Origin: Euglena gracilis
Lineage: Eukaryota
Length of the DNA stretch: 64,000 nucleotides
Direction of reading: 5' to 3'
Assembly (NCBI GenBank): GCA_039621445.1
Contig: CP154954.1
Location: 14,805,667 to 14,869,666, forward strand
This document shows, piece by piece, positions 33,840-45,714 of this stretch (within the stretch, counting starts at the first letter, position 1; each line of letters starts with the position of its first letter). The notes under the pieces are model-generated. The model was given only the letters and a program-made list of their open reading frames with translations, was not told where the DNA came from and ran no database searches. Both the position numbers and the translations under genes were made by a program.

Positions 33840-36800
33840 TTTGGGGCCAATTTTCAGCTGAGATCTTTTTCATTAGAAACGTGAAAGTAGAAACGGAAAA
33901 AAATATTATTATATTATTAATTGTATTTATGTCACATCAATACAACCGTTTTTACAACAATCTTTTTCGAAAGGGAAAGAGAAAATTGTGTTTCTTTTTT
34001 TAGAACATTTCAAACAAAATGAGTTTTAATGACTAATTTAATATTTTCAAAATAGAATGAGTCACTGCCCTAGTTTTTTTTGGACAACTTTTTTTTCTTT
34101 CAGAACAACATTCCAGGATTCTGCCAGAATTCTGCAAGTTCACGACCTTGACCAGAATACAACTCCGGAGGTCAAAGTGGGGGACTGAATTCCCTTTTCT
34201 CTGCCACGGCCCACGGCCCACATTTTTTTGGGGCCTCAACTTCTCAAAACCTCAATTTCTGCCGTTTTGGAGAAAAAAATTGTCAGAGTCGGAACATTTG
34301 GAATTTTGGGCCATATTTGGGATCAGATTTTGACCAACAATCCCTGGACTCATTAACTCCCCATTTAGTTCATTTACCGTTTCACTGACCGATCCCAACC
34401 ATGGTGTAATCACTCTGGGACATTGTTTTTCCTCCGTAGGGACAACCCGCCTAAGAGAAAACCCAGACGAAGATGACGGAAGTACCCGCATCATTGTGGA
34501 GGCATTTGGAGATTCAGAGACCTCCTCCATCAGAAAGGAGTATCCACATGTGCAGGGACACCAGGGATTTCAGGGACCTCCATGATTCGTCATTTTATCA
34601 AAGGCGGGAATCGTCACTTCCCATTGCGGACTTTCCGGAGAGTGACGCCTGCATGTAAAAAGCCCTTATTTTTCGGTTGAAGTGTATTGCGACAGGATTT
34701 TTTTTTTTAAGTTAGGGACCGTCCTTCTGATCGACAGAAGTGCTTTCTTTTGCATTTCCAACTCAGACGGAATATTTTTGCTGTCAACTCAGGGAGTGGG
34801 GTTATATTCCCCCTCGAGTCGCTCAGTCTTCCCCGCGAGTTTCCAAGTACCCCTCGGGTTTCCAAGCTCCCCACGGCCAAGAGGATCTGTGAAAACGTAC
34901 GAGGCGACAGCAATACTTTGTTGTGTTTGACTTTGACCTAATAATGATGGTGAAACCGCGGCTCGTTTGTTTCGTCCCGTCCCCCACCGCCGCTGCCGGC
35001 CCACCCTGGCAGTCTCTTCCTTCCACCGTTGTGCCTCTGCCACTTGGCTGGGACGCTCCCCCCTCCGGTCTGCACCGCCAGCGCTGACGCACCGCCAGCG
35101 CGCCGGGCCTTCCACACACGCACTCAGCCGCTGCGAGTCGCGCACCCTCGGGTGACAAAGAGACCTTTCCACCCCTGGACTGACCCCGTGTGGAAAGCCG
35201 TGCAAGACAGCCGTTCGCAAGCCTCTCTCTTTTTGCTCTCTGTTCCTGCTCTTTTCCAGGAGCAGGCATGATTATTTTTAATGCACTTTTTCCCCGAAAT
35301 TTTAAAGCATTTAAGGCCTTTTTCTGACCTTTTTAGGCTTTTTAAGCCTTTTTAAGCGCTATTTTGGTCCAAGGGCTGTTGACCCTTAAAAGCGAGTAAT
35401 CCGTCAGCGTCCAGCCGCCCTTCGGGTGGCGGGAAATAAATAAATCTCATTGATGGGGAGAGGGGGGGTCCAGGGCTGCAAAAAGCTGCGGCCCCCCCCC
35501 AGGTGTCAATTTTTTTAGGCAATAATATTTAAAAACAGCTGAAAATTTAATGAAAACTTTTCGCATTGCCAGGAACAAAATTTAAAAAATTGAAAAGCCA
35601 GAACACATAAAACAAGAAAACCCAAGCAAATATGATAAAACAAAAAAAATTGCTTTCTGAAGCACACAACAAGTCAGTGACTACACAGGGAGGAGAAATC
35701 CCTATAAAGACAGGACAGCGGGGACAGAGGGGAGAGTACAGTTTCCCGGGCAGGTCTGGGTCAGAAGGGAAAAGAGCTGACATTTTCGTCCCTGGGGGAA
35801 AGTGCCTCACCTTCCGAAACAGCAGGGGGAGACAGCAGACAGAGCATTGACGAAGGGAAGGCTGGGGATGCTAAGAATTTTGTTGGGCCATGAGCAAAAT
35901 AACCCAAACTGTTAAAAGGTCCAAGATAACAAGTAATGCCGAGGGTCCACTTTTGGGGCAAGCCTGCATGCAACGAGGAGGGGGCGAAACGCCCGGGGAA
36001 GGGTGTTCAGGGAAGAGATACCCCCCAAACCAGCAAAGGAAACAATCCCCCTGCTCAAAACACGGCAAGGTTTTGGGTTTGTTCTTGACACGGGCAATCA
36101 ATGACACAGTGTGTGAAATAAAAGGGGGCCAAGGTATGTCTGTCCCTTGGGAAACACCTGCTTCGATTGCTAAATCCCCCGAATAAGCAATTGGTCGCCT
36201 ATATTTATGTTTCTGAAAAGGGGCTGAAGGTGATTTGAATTTGGGGGTGAATGTTTCTTTCAAGCTCTCCAATGCCATTTTCATGAATAGTTTCTTCACA
36301 GCACCAGGCTCGGAATGTCTTTTGTTTGGGGTTTGCTTGCATTCAGGTGTCGGCCAAAATAGTCCAAAGGGCTGCTGAAATTTGGGGGTTACTCACAAAG
36401 GGGTTGCTAACATTGGGTGGTTTTTTCACGGTCCTTGCTATGGTGTTTCCAGTCTAATTCATCCCGTCAGGCTGGCCCTGTCCACCCCCAGGTCTCTCTC
36501 CCCTCCTGGCCAGGCATTGTTATTTTTAAGGCGGCTAGAAAAACTTTAAAATCCCTTAAAATCCTTAAAATGGACTGGCGGAATTTTCTCTGACCGATCA
36601 AGAATCAAAGATCAAAATCTCTCCAAAACAAGCCAACTTCCGGAAGAAAAAATGATGTCTGGCATTGCTGGAACATTATCTATCCAACCAGAACTCAAAA
36701 AAATGTGTTTTCCCCTAATTCAGTTGTTTCGTCATTAGTCTTGCTTTTTTGTGGTTAAACCCCCCCATGGGTTGCTGGCTTACAACAACTGGTATTTTCA

Positions 36801-37600
36801 TCTGGGTGGCTCGTTTGCACCCTAAAGACCATTGGAATCTTAATAGCTGTCCTGAATTAGTTTGCCCCTTGGTCTGTTGTTGCCAACACGAACACAACGG
36901 GGGAGCATTCAACCCCATCCCAAACTTGGACGGCATTTGCAACGTTCCATCTGCCCCCACCCCCACCTTTTCCCAGGGAATCCCTCCTCTCAACAAAATG
37001 CTCTCCTCTCTGTCGCTGCCCTGCGGTTCCGATGTGCGGGTTGAGTGGACGGGCTCCAGAGCGGCTAAGGCGGCGTGCAGGCGATTGATTGCTGCGTTTA
37101 GCCGAAGGTTGGGGTGGTAACTACCTTCCCTGGATGGGTATGCTTTTTATGGTTGCATGGGATTGTATACAATTTGGGGGGAAAATATGAAAAAGGAGTA
37201 CGCGGGCTCGGTGACCTTATTTTTGCATAGGTCTCCCACACGCCGTCGTCAAGTGCTTCCAACATCGGCACCTCACCGGTGTCAAGAAGATGTCACGAGG
37301 GAAATGCATCATGATGTAAAAAAGGCAGCGTTTTGGGACTTCGCCTACTTCCATTCTGACCAATTTCTTTCAGCAACCAAAAAAAAGGAAGTATGGCCAA
37401 CGAAACTGAATTTATCTGAGTGTCATGCAGAGATAACATTTGTTTTGTGCTTTGAAGCAGGGGTTGTCTTTAAGCCGAACCAATTCGAATCTATTCGTGG
37501 GGGGTCCAGCATCCTTTCCACAGCCTTTCTACATTTGCCCCTCCCCGGCTGGGCAGCAGACCTCCCTTTTGTTTGGAGCTTTGGTTGTTATTTGATTGAG

Positions 37601-37840
37601 ATAATGCAATTTGCATGTGATTTGATGGTGCAATTTGCATGTGATTTGATGGTCCAATTTGCATGTGATTTGATGGTCCAATTTGCATGTGATTTGATGG
37701 TCCAATTTGCATGTGATTTGATGGTGCAATTTGCATGTGATTTGATGGTCCAATTTGCATGTGATTTGATGGTCCAATTTGCATGTGATTTGATGGTGCA
37801 ATTTGCATGTAGTTTGATGGTGCAATTTGCATGTGATTTG
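37601..37840. repeat. 24-bp minisatellite x10 (same locus as 1005-1076, more units)
   Basis: Ten tandem units, 240 bp. Confidence 0.95.
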
Positions 37841-38469
37841 TGAACCATGAAGGCAGTGCCGGAAGCCATTGTTGGTGGTAAAAGAGTGTTAATGGAGTGG
37901 GAACGCAAGAGCTCCAAGATTGGAATTGCGTGTGATTGCTCAGACGGATCAAGTTGCGAAGGATAGTGAAGGAAAATAGTGAAATTGTTTTCAAATTGAA
38001 ATGGGTAAATTCCTTGAAAGTTGGAAAAAAATGGCTCACCGTGGCAAAACAGCAAAGTGACTAAAACTGGGCTTGGGGATGCATTGGCTGTTGAAGAGAA
38101 GAAAGCTTTTGAAGGCAATGTAGCTGCTTAATTGAATGAAATGCATCTTCTTTGCTGAAAATATTTTTTCCAGAAATTCTCACATGAAAATATTACAGTT
38201 GAGATTGCTGTTATTGAAGCTCCAGAGGGGTGGGTCCTAATCAGCTGTTGGATTGAACCAGCTTGGCACCCGAAAGCGGCAAAAAATGCCCAAACCCACC
38301 TGCCTTGGGTTTTTTTTTCCAGCCAGTTTATTGAGGTGAAACCCCCAAAAACTACCAAAATTTGGAAAATGGCCATTTTTGACCATTTTGGACCCCTTGT
38401 CATCGACCTTTTTCTCGGTCCAGGCCGGTTTCACTGTCCTGCTGAGATTTTATTGTCACTCACCGGCTG

Positions 38470-39380
38470 GCAGGTGTTAGTTGGCAATTTGTTCAACCCA
38501 AGGCAACCGATCCCACAAGAATACCTCCCTCTTCGACCTGAATGAGACGAAGACGGTGGTGGATCGGGAGGAAACAAATTTATTGGATGGCAAAATTTTC
38601 GCCTAGTACCCCGTACAATACTTCCTGAACTTAAGCCAGTGGAGTCCGAAGCAGCGCCGTCTGCAACTGAGCAGGAACCCACAACAGTTGCGTCATCCAC
38701 AACGACAACAGCCAAAAGAGCAGCAAAGTCTGCAACCAAACGTTCGGAAGAACGTTTGCACCAACCTCCACCTACACCTACAATGCCTGCGGAACATACC
38801 CCCGTACATTCTTCAGACTCGTCGTCCGTTTCGTCCTCTGGGTCCTCCGGAGTGAGGAAATGGAAGAAGGGACAGACAATATACACAGCACACGCTTCGT
38901 CTCCTCTGCCACCATAAGTTCCCCGTGGATTTCTGGGGCTTTGGAGTGCGCGGTCTGACGCATTCCAAATAATAATCCAAAATGTGGCCGGATTCACCGT
39001 AAGGCCTTCCCCCTCAAGCATCCTCCCAGGAATCCGACACGTAGGGAGAGGCTCCTTGATGACCTGCGGAGACATCGAACCCAACCCCGGACCAGCGGAC
39101 CACCACACGGTCGACCTGGCACACGGCGCAGCCCACCGAGACGCCGCGGCGGTCATCGACCCAGCAGGTCAAGAGGTCAACCTGCGTCTCATCCAGGATT
39201 CCATCATCGTTGGCCCCCCTCCATGCCCCATTTGGGACATTCTACAAGACCGCATTCATACAGTGCGCCATGTAACCTGCCAAATGTCAGCAAGGAGTAT
39301 CGGACACTCTGGCCGACTTGACCACACACTGCGCCACAACCCCAAACGACTCCAACCTCTTTGCAATTCTCGCATTCCCC
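38470..39380 (+). pseudogene. Decayed 2A-containing ORF (copy 2)
   Basis: Same frame structure as copy 1, with an in-frame 123-bp deletion at ~38556. The frame stays open ~95 codons past the 2A (ADHHTVDLAHGAAHRDAAAVIDPAGQEVNLRLIQDSIIVGPPPCPIWDILQDRIHTVRHVTCQ...). Confidence 0.7.
39041..39094 (+). other. 2A-like StopGo peptide, copy 2
   Basis: Identical peptide; the only nucleotide difference from copy 1 is synonymous (TGT/TGC, Cys). Confidence 0.88.
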
Positions 39381-39774
39381 AAGCTGGTCCTAAGAACCCG
39401 GCGTCCCAAACGCCGGTTTTACCACAAAAAGGGGGGGCGGACGCCGGTTCAGGACAGAACCAGCGTCCGACCCCCCTTTGTTTAAAGCGGCGTTTTAGAG
39501 ACGCCGGTTCAGGACAGAACCGGCGTCCCCAACCTTTGGTCAAAAGGCACTCCCAGGACCAATCTCCGACCACTGATCTGAAATATCACGCTATTTTGAA
39601 TTTTGCCAAATTCCGACGATCGCGAGCGTATATCTGGCTGTGTCAATCGTCCAGGTACAAAGTCACACCTCAATTGAAAGCTCTTTTCATCAGACGACTA
39701 GCGATCACCACCAAATTCAGCCACACCGCTACCCTCACCCCCCCCCTATTTGGCTAATGGCCGGGCCAATATTT

Positions 39775-41535
39775 TTTTGTTTGTTTTGCCAAAGTGCGGC
39801 ATTATCGTCAACGGGCATGTTTTCCTCTTGCGATGTGTCAGACGTTGTATCGAGTTCTACCTCGAAGGGTAGATGTGACCCGGCTTTTCCCGGTCACATC
39901 AGTGTAAGTTGGCGCTGGTGTGGTAGCAGCTGAGGTCTTCGCCCGCTTTCCTGATTTGTTACCACTCCCAGGTGCAGGTGGTTTTGGCTCGTTGTGTCGT
40001 TCAGCAGGTTTGCATGGGTGTGCAGGCTGCGGTTTAGGCTTAGGTTTACTGCCTTTTTCTTTCCGCTGTTGCGGAAAGGGGCGCTCTGCAGGGGACTTTG
40101 AAGCAGGTTTGGCTGTTGGTGTAGTGGTAGGTGGTACGTCAGGTGCCGTCGGTACCACCTGTTCAGGTGTGTGTGTGTACCACTACGGGTGTTGTGTCGT
40201 GTGGTGGCGTTGTTTCGACCGTAGTCAATTCGGTCGTTGTCACCACTTCGGGTGTTTGGACAGTGGGTTGTACAACAGGAGTAGAGCTGGCCGCGTCTGC
40301 TGCCAGTTCTGCAGTCGAAGCCGGAACTTCTTGTGTGGGTTGTTCGCCAAGTCCCGTGTCACGGGGACTTCACGTTGAGGAGGAAGACCTCGATCTCACC
40401 ATTGTGATTATCGAAGTAAGTCATTTCGGACGCCTCCTAGGATGCGTCCTGCTGCCTGCCCGACTTCTGGTGGTATGAGTATGAAGTCGTCTGGGTCCGC
40501 TGTAAATGCTGAATGGAAATTCACGTTGTATTTGTTCAGTCTCGTCGCGTAGTGCGATTATATCTTCATCAGTTGCTTCTCGTCCACTTTCCCCACGTGC
40601 GGAGGTGGGTGGAACCGTGTCTCTCAGAGGCGCTGCGGCTTTTGTAGGGTTTGCAGGCACTTCGGCCATTGTAAGTTCTGTAGGAGCGTCAGGTTCCGCA
40701 TCTGGTAATGGTGTTTGTGGTCGTGCCTGAGCAGGCGTTGTAGCTGGCATTTCGGCCCTTACAGCTTTTTGTGCGCTGTACTCTCCGCGTTCCAGACTCC
40801 GCAGACGCCCAAATGACGAATTTTTGTGGATATGTCAGGTCGATTCCGACCACTTGGAAATGGGGGCCGTAGTGTTCGTTCAGAAAAATTTGGTAATTGT
40901 ATCAAAACATTTCGTGTGGAAGTGGGAATACTTCCCATAGCATGCTTTGTGGTCCGATTTCTCGGATATCGTCGAACATTGTCTTCAGTGCGTCAAGGGT
41001 TGATTCCCATCCGTATTGTAGACATAGATTTGGATGTGGTAGGTAGTGTCCTTTGCTGGCTGGGATTGCAAATGAGCCGAAGTTCATGCAATGGAATCTG
41101 AGCCAGAAAAGGAATTGCCAGAATCCCGGCAATTTGTGAATGCCATCCTGGCTTTCGTAGCAGGAAATTGTACCGTCGAAAAAAAGCCTCGTGCTTTTTC
41201 CTTGTACAGTTTGACCATATGTCGGTGTATTTCTGGAGCAACCACACAGGGGTGTTGCTCTTCGTAGTATTTCTGCATGATTGTGTCACATCCGTCTGAA
41301 ATCCAGAACAGATGGTCAATCATGAATTGTACGTCCAGGTCGTAACCGTCCCAAACGCACAAAGGGTGCAGCCCAACGAGAATGGGCGGAGGCCCAACAA
41401 CAACGAAGACTCCTCGGACACATCTGCCACAATCCCCTCGAAGTTATGGAAATCGGATACGCCAGACAAAACCACCGACAAATGCTTCTGCACGTGCAGA
41501 CATTCCAATGGAGAGCACGGGTATGCTATGCATTA
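39775..41535 (-). pseudogene. Decayed ORF of ~550 codons: aromatic-rich N-terminal region plus Pro/Thr/Ala-rich tail; product unknown
   Basis: Joining ORFs 41084-41362, 40902-41132, 40421-40750 and 39838-40158 across a few stops and frameshifts (one in a T-run) gives protein-like CVWDGYDLDVQFMIDHLFWISDGCD...KARGFFDGTISCYESQDGIHKLPGFWQFLFWLRFHCMNFG...WEVFPLPHEMF*YNYQIFLNEHYG. TTTTTCAG followed by an ATG lies just upstream. The copy-1 equivalent (3133-4860) is garbled. Confidence 0.55.
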
Positions 41536-42852
41536 GAAGTCTGAAAAACGGTGGTGGCTCGCTGGATCCCAGGGGGTGGGTCCAGCTTTAGAATTTCCCT
41601 GGGATGGGGTACAGGTGTACGATGTGGCTGAAGACATCAAAAATTCAAAGCAATTGAATTATCGAATATTCAAGTATTGTGTGTAAAAAGTATGGCATAT
41701 AAGTGTGACAAAAATTCCCAGAGCTCTGATGGCCAAAAAAGGGATGTGAATGTCACAAACATCATTGTGTGTTTTTAAATCATGGTTGTTTTGTTTTGAA
41801 ATACCCTCCTCAACCTCCGGCCAATTATGTGGCCATGGCTAGGGCACCAAATTGAAACCAGCTATTAGGAGCCGTGCAAGGGACCACATGTGCACAGTTG
41901 CCTGGGGCTGCTGAAGCTCTTACAATCCCATCACCGCCATTTGGCCATCCAAGTCGGCAGGGCTTTTGCAGATTGCTAAGGTGCATTTACTATCATTGGA
42001 ACTCCAAGCCTCCAAGCCAACCTTTAAAGCAATTTTATGACTTCATAATTATTATTTTCCTGATAAGAAGTCCAATCCGTCTGTGACCTAATTTCCCCCT
42101 CATTTTTTGGATCTTTCATGCCATACAGGGCCCTTAGTTTCAAAGGTACCAACTCTCTCCTGTTTTTGTTTTCCCCAGTTTGTTTGATCCCGGTTTGTGT
42201 GACCGAGCACTTTTGCAACTTTTTGATCCACCTCCCTTTTGCGACGAAAAAACCGTTGAGCACCTCCCCCGTTTTTTTGGGTGGTTTCTACGCGCCCCCC
42301 CCCCCCTCTTGTCGTACGACCACCCATCATTTACAACCACGCCCCGGTCACAGGTTGCAGATTTAGAAAATTTTAACACCACTTTACCTGCGGCCACCCC
42401 CTCATTTACGACCGCCCCCCGGTCACCGGTTGCAGGTTACGGGGGTGTTACGACCCCCCCCCGGACAAGGGGGGGCGGGTAATACCGTGCCTCGTTGTTT
42501 GTTGTTTTTTCTTTATCTTTTTTGCAGCATTTCGCCACGCAAAAATGGATTACAACAAAGTGCAAAACGTTCCATGAATTCCAATCAGTCAAAGCGCGTC
42601 CATTTTACTGTTCCAAAAAGTCAAGGGCTCTTCAAGGACAAAACGACATCCCCACCGACATCTCTTTTCATGTCCGTCAGCCCCGGGCTCCATTCCCTGC
42701 CTGATATTTTCCACTGCAGTGCAGGGTTCTTCTGTAATGTAGCAGAGTTTTTATGAGGATCTCCCTCTCTCTCTCCCCCTCTGTCTCGCTGTGTGTCTGT
42801 GTGTGTGTGTGTGTGTGCGTGCGTGTGCGTGCGTGTGTGTGTGTTGTGTGTG

Positions 42853-42891
<39 letters not shown>

Positions 42892-42943
42892 GGTGGGTGT
42901 GCGTGTGCGTGCGTGTGTGTGTGCGTGCGTGCGTGCATGCGTG

Positions 42944-42974
<31 letters not shown>

Positions 42975-43046
42975 CTCTGTGTGTGTGTGAGAGCGTGTGT
43001 GTGTGTGTGTGTGTGTGTGTGCGGGTGTGTGTGTCTGTGTGTGTGT

Positions 43047-43091
<45 letters not shown>

Positions 43092-43284
43092 AACACCTGT
43101 ATGTGGACAAGCATAAATCGTTTGGGCGTCCGAAGTCGGGGCAAAGGGGCTGTTATTCTGGTGTAACCCTGGCCTCGCCTTGCACATCCTGCTCCCTCGA
43201 GCCCCGCCAGCGGTCCATTCAGCAGGAACCCTACGCTCACCCCGGCCGTGACCGCGCCACCCGTGCCACTGCGGTGGTCGTGCC

Positions 43285-43887
43285 CAGGGTTTTTTTTTTT
43301 TAGTCGTGGACCCCTGGGGGGGAGGGGGGGGGTGGGCCGGGCCGAGCCGCCCCCCCCCCCAGGGGGTTCTCCCGGTGGGGGGTGGGCCCGAAACTCCTCC
43401 AATCCATAACTCTCCGGTTATTTTATGGACACTCAAAGTTGGGGTCCAGGGGGGTTATTTTTTGGGGGGGTTTATTATTTGGGCAAAATTTTCGAAGTCA
43501 AAAGTGGACCCAAACTTTTCACTTTTTTGGCTTTCTGGGGCTTTTTTTGAAAAAAGGGTGCTTTTTTGGCATTATTTGTACACCACTTTTATCCATTTTG
43601 TTGATTTTTGCAACATTTCTGCTATTTTTTACTCATTCTTTCCCTTTGCTTTCACACCTGCGGAGGGGGTTTATTATTTGGGCGGCCGAAGGCGGTCCTC
43701 AGGTGGGGTTTATTATTTGGGGAGGGGTTACTTTTCGGCACCTTTGCGCCGAAAATTTTTGAAGAAGTTCTATTTTTGGCATTTTTCGCAATTTTTTGGT
43801 CAATTTTGTGGGTCCCTCCGGGACCCCCAGGGGTGGGGGGTGGGTGGGGGAGATTTCCTCACCCCCCCGTTTTTTTAAAAACCCCTG
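43285..43887. mobile_element. hAT-type MITE (copy 2 of 6541-7136)
   Basis: Same termini and TSD GTCGTGCC (43277-43284, 43888-43895). Confidence 0.88.
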
Positions 43888-44630
43888 GTCGTGCCGCTCC
43901 ATCGATTGCCACCGACTCCGCCTTATCATGAAAAACACACAATTGCCAGAGTTGTTGTCCAGCAAAAGAAGAGGAAGGGATTATCAATGTTGAGAAATTG
44001 AAAGGACACAAAAAATGACGTTTTTCCCTTGCTCTTCCGAGAGTATACCGTAATGTGTTTGGTCGGGGATTTGAATATAAATTTTCTAAAATGACATGCG
44101 TGATACAACAATTGGGTATTTACAATATTGTTTGTGATAGCATATGCCAATAGTTGGAGAGAAAATGTTAGACAAGGACCAATTTTTTTTGAAAATCTCT
44201 CAATCAGGTCTTAGGCCTTGTTACGACAGTGTGTGTGCCAAACAGATGCGTGTGTATGCCAAATGTGTGTGCCAAACAATTGTGTGTGCCAAACAGATGC
44301 GATTGCCGAATTGCATGCCACGCCACAGATAGCCCCGCTTCTTGAGGAGCCCCCCCATTTCACAGCAGAACCCTCCGACGAGGGCTGCCCCACTGAATCG
44401 TGCGACAACCAAGTTTGCTTCTGCGACAATCACGTGGTGAATGGTGCAGTGTCCCCTGGGAGTGTCTCTCTCTCCCCCCCTCTCCTTTTTCCACAAAAAG
44501 TGAGGTTAAGCACAGGGAAGGTCCCTTGAGCTCGTCCCAGGAAGGCTCACAGGCTCTGGCTGTCTGGGTGCCCGTGGGACGAAGCCCCGGGACCTGTTCC
44601 ACCCGTTGTGGGGTGGCCGCGGTTACCCAC

Positions 44631-44657
44631 GTATCTCTCTCTTCTGTCTCTTCTATT

Positions 44658-44736
<79 letters not shown>

Positions 44737-44744
44737 CTTCTATC

Positions 44745-44815
<71 letters not shown>

Positions 44816-44823
44816 CTTCTATC

Positions 44824-44899
<76 letters not shown>

Positions 44900-44938
44900 C
44901 CTAGCTATCTATCTATCTATCTTTCTATCCTCTATCTC
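44631..44938. repeat. (TCTA)n microsatellite with higher-order TCTTCTATCTC interruptions
   Basis: Read directly; structure differs from copy 1. Confidence 0.98.
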
Positions 44939-45086
44939 TGGATTTGGGCGCATTTTGGCGCCAGGCAGGCCCCTGGGCTGCCAATTGAGTCTGGGGACCA
45001 ACTGCCAAGTTTGCACGTTAATAGTTGCGGCAGGCCATGCACAAAACAGGCTAAAATCCTAAAAGCCTGAAGAGGGGGGGGGCAAG

Positions 45087-45434
45087 CAAATTTTCATTTA
45101 GTGTGCCGCGTAAATTTCTTTTTTCTGCTCCGCGTGCGCCGCGGCATTAGAAATTTTGTGACCGCGTGCGCCGCGGAAGGTTTCATTCTGTGCGCCGCAT
45201 GTACCGAAGGCACAGCCATCCGAATTATCCCCTGTCCGTGCCATAACAAAAGAAGGCATGTGCCGCGGGAACGTCATTGGTGCGCCGTGGGTGTGTTGTT
45301 GGTGCGCCGCGGCAGCTTTTCAGGTGCGTCGCAGGTGTGCCGCGGCAAAAATTCAATTGTTTGCCGCGTGCGCCTCGGAAATGGATCTTTTGTGCGACGA
45401 CATACTTCGCCGCGGCGCACTAAATGAAAGTTTG
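45087..45434. mobile_element. MITE with ~23-bp TIRs and internal GTGCGCCGCGG repeats (right end deleted in copy 1, 8291-8587)
   Basis: Termini CAAATTTTCATTTAGTG[C/T]GCCGCG ... CGCGGCGCACTAAATGAAAGTTTG; flanks GGGCAAG / GGGCGAG are a possible ~7-bp TSD. Confidence 0.8.
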
Positions 45435-45714
45435 GGGCGAGATCACAAGCTGGGAGGCCAAGTTTGTATGCAATGAGCAGGCGGGCCAAGCGCCTGGCTC
45501 ATGTGGCAGTTCGCTCCAACAAGTTTTGCCTTTGCCGGACTGGGCTGAAGGTTGCCCTTGCTTTGTATTAACAGACCCCCCCCCCCGCAGCCGGGGCTGG
45601 CTGGCTCTCTGAAAACCAATGATCGGCATTCCCGTATTGGGAAGGCAGAAATATTTTTCCGCATGTTTCCGAAAGGCGGATTTCCACCTTCTGAATTTCT
45701 CAAAAAGGTAAAGG

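Larger units (their letters stand above)
28700..35215 (+). pseudogene. Disrupted multi-segment gene, paralog block B (its start recurs at 63900-64000)
   Basis: Same segments in the same order: HSLHCSHFHR (~28728), KSLPIPLGAAARKPCGKLATIEV (~29319), KKTVGGALLI (~31014), DTADVIVC..GHTSCNLKCAT (~31393), IQTEPPW (~31749), AIFPEETMEAED (~33085), ICENVRGDSNTLLCL (~34885), and 34990-35210. Confidence 0.6.
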
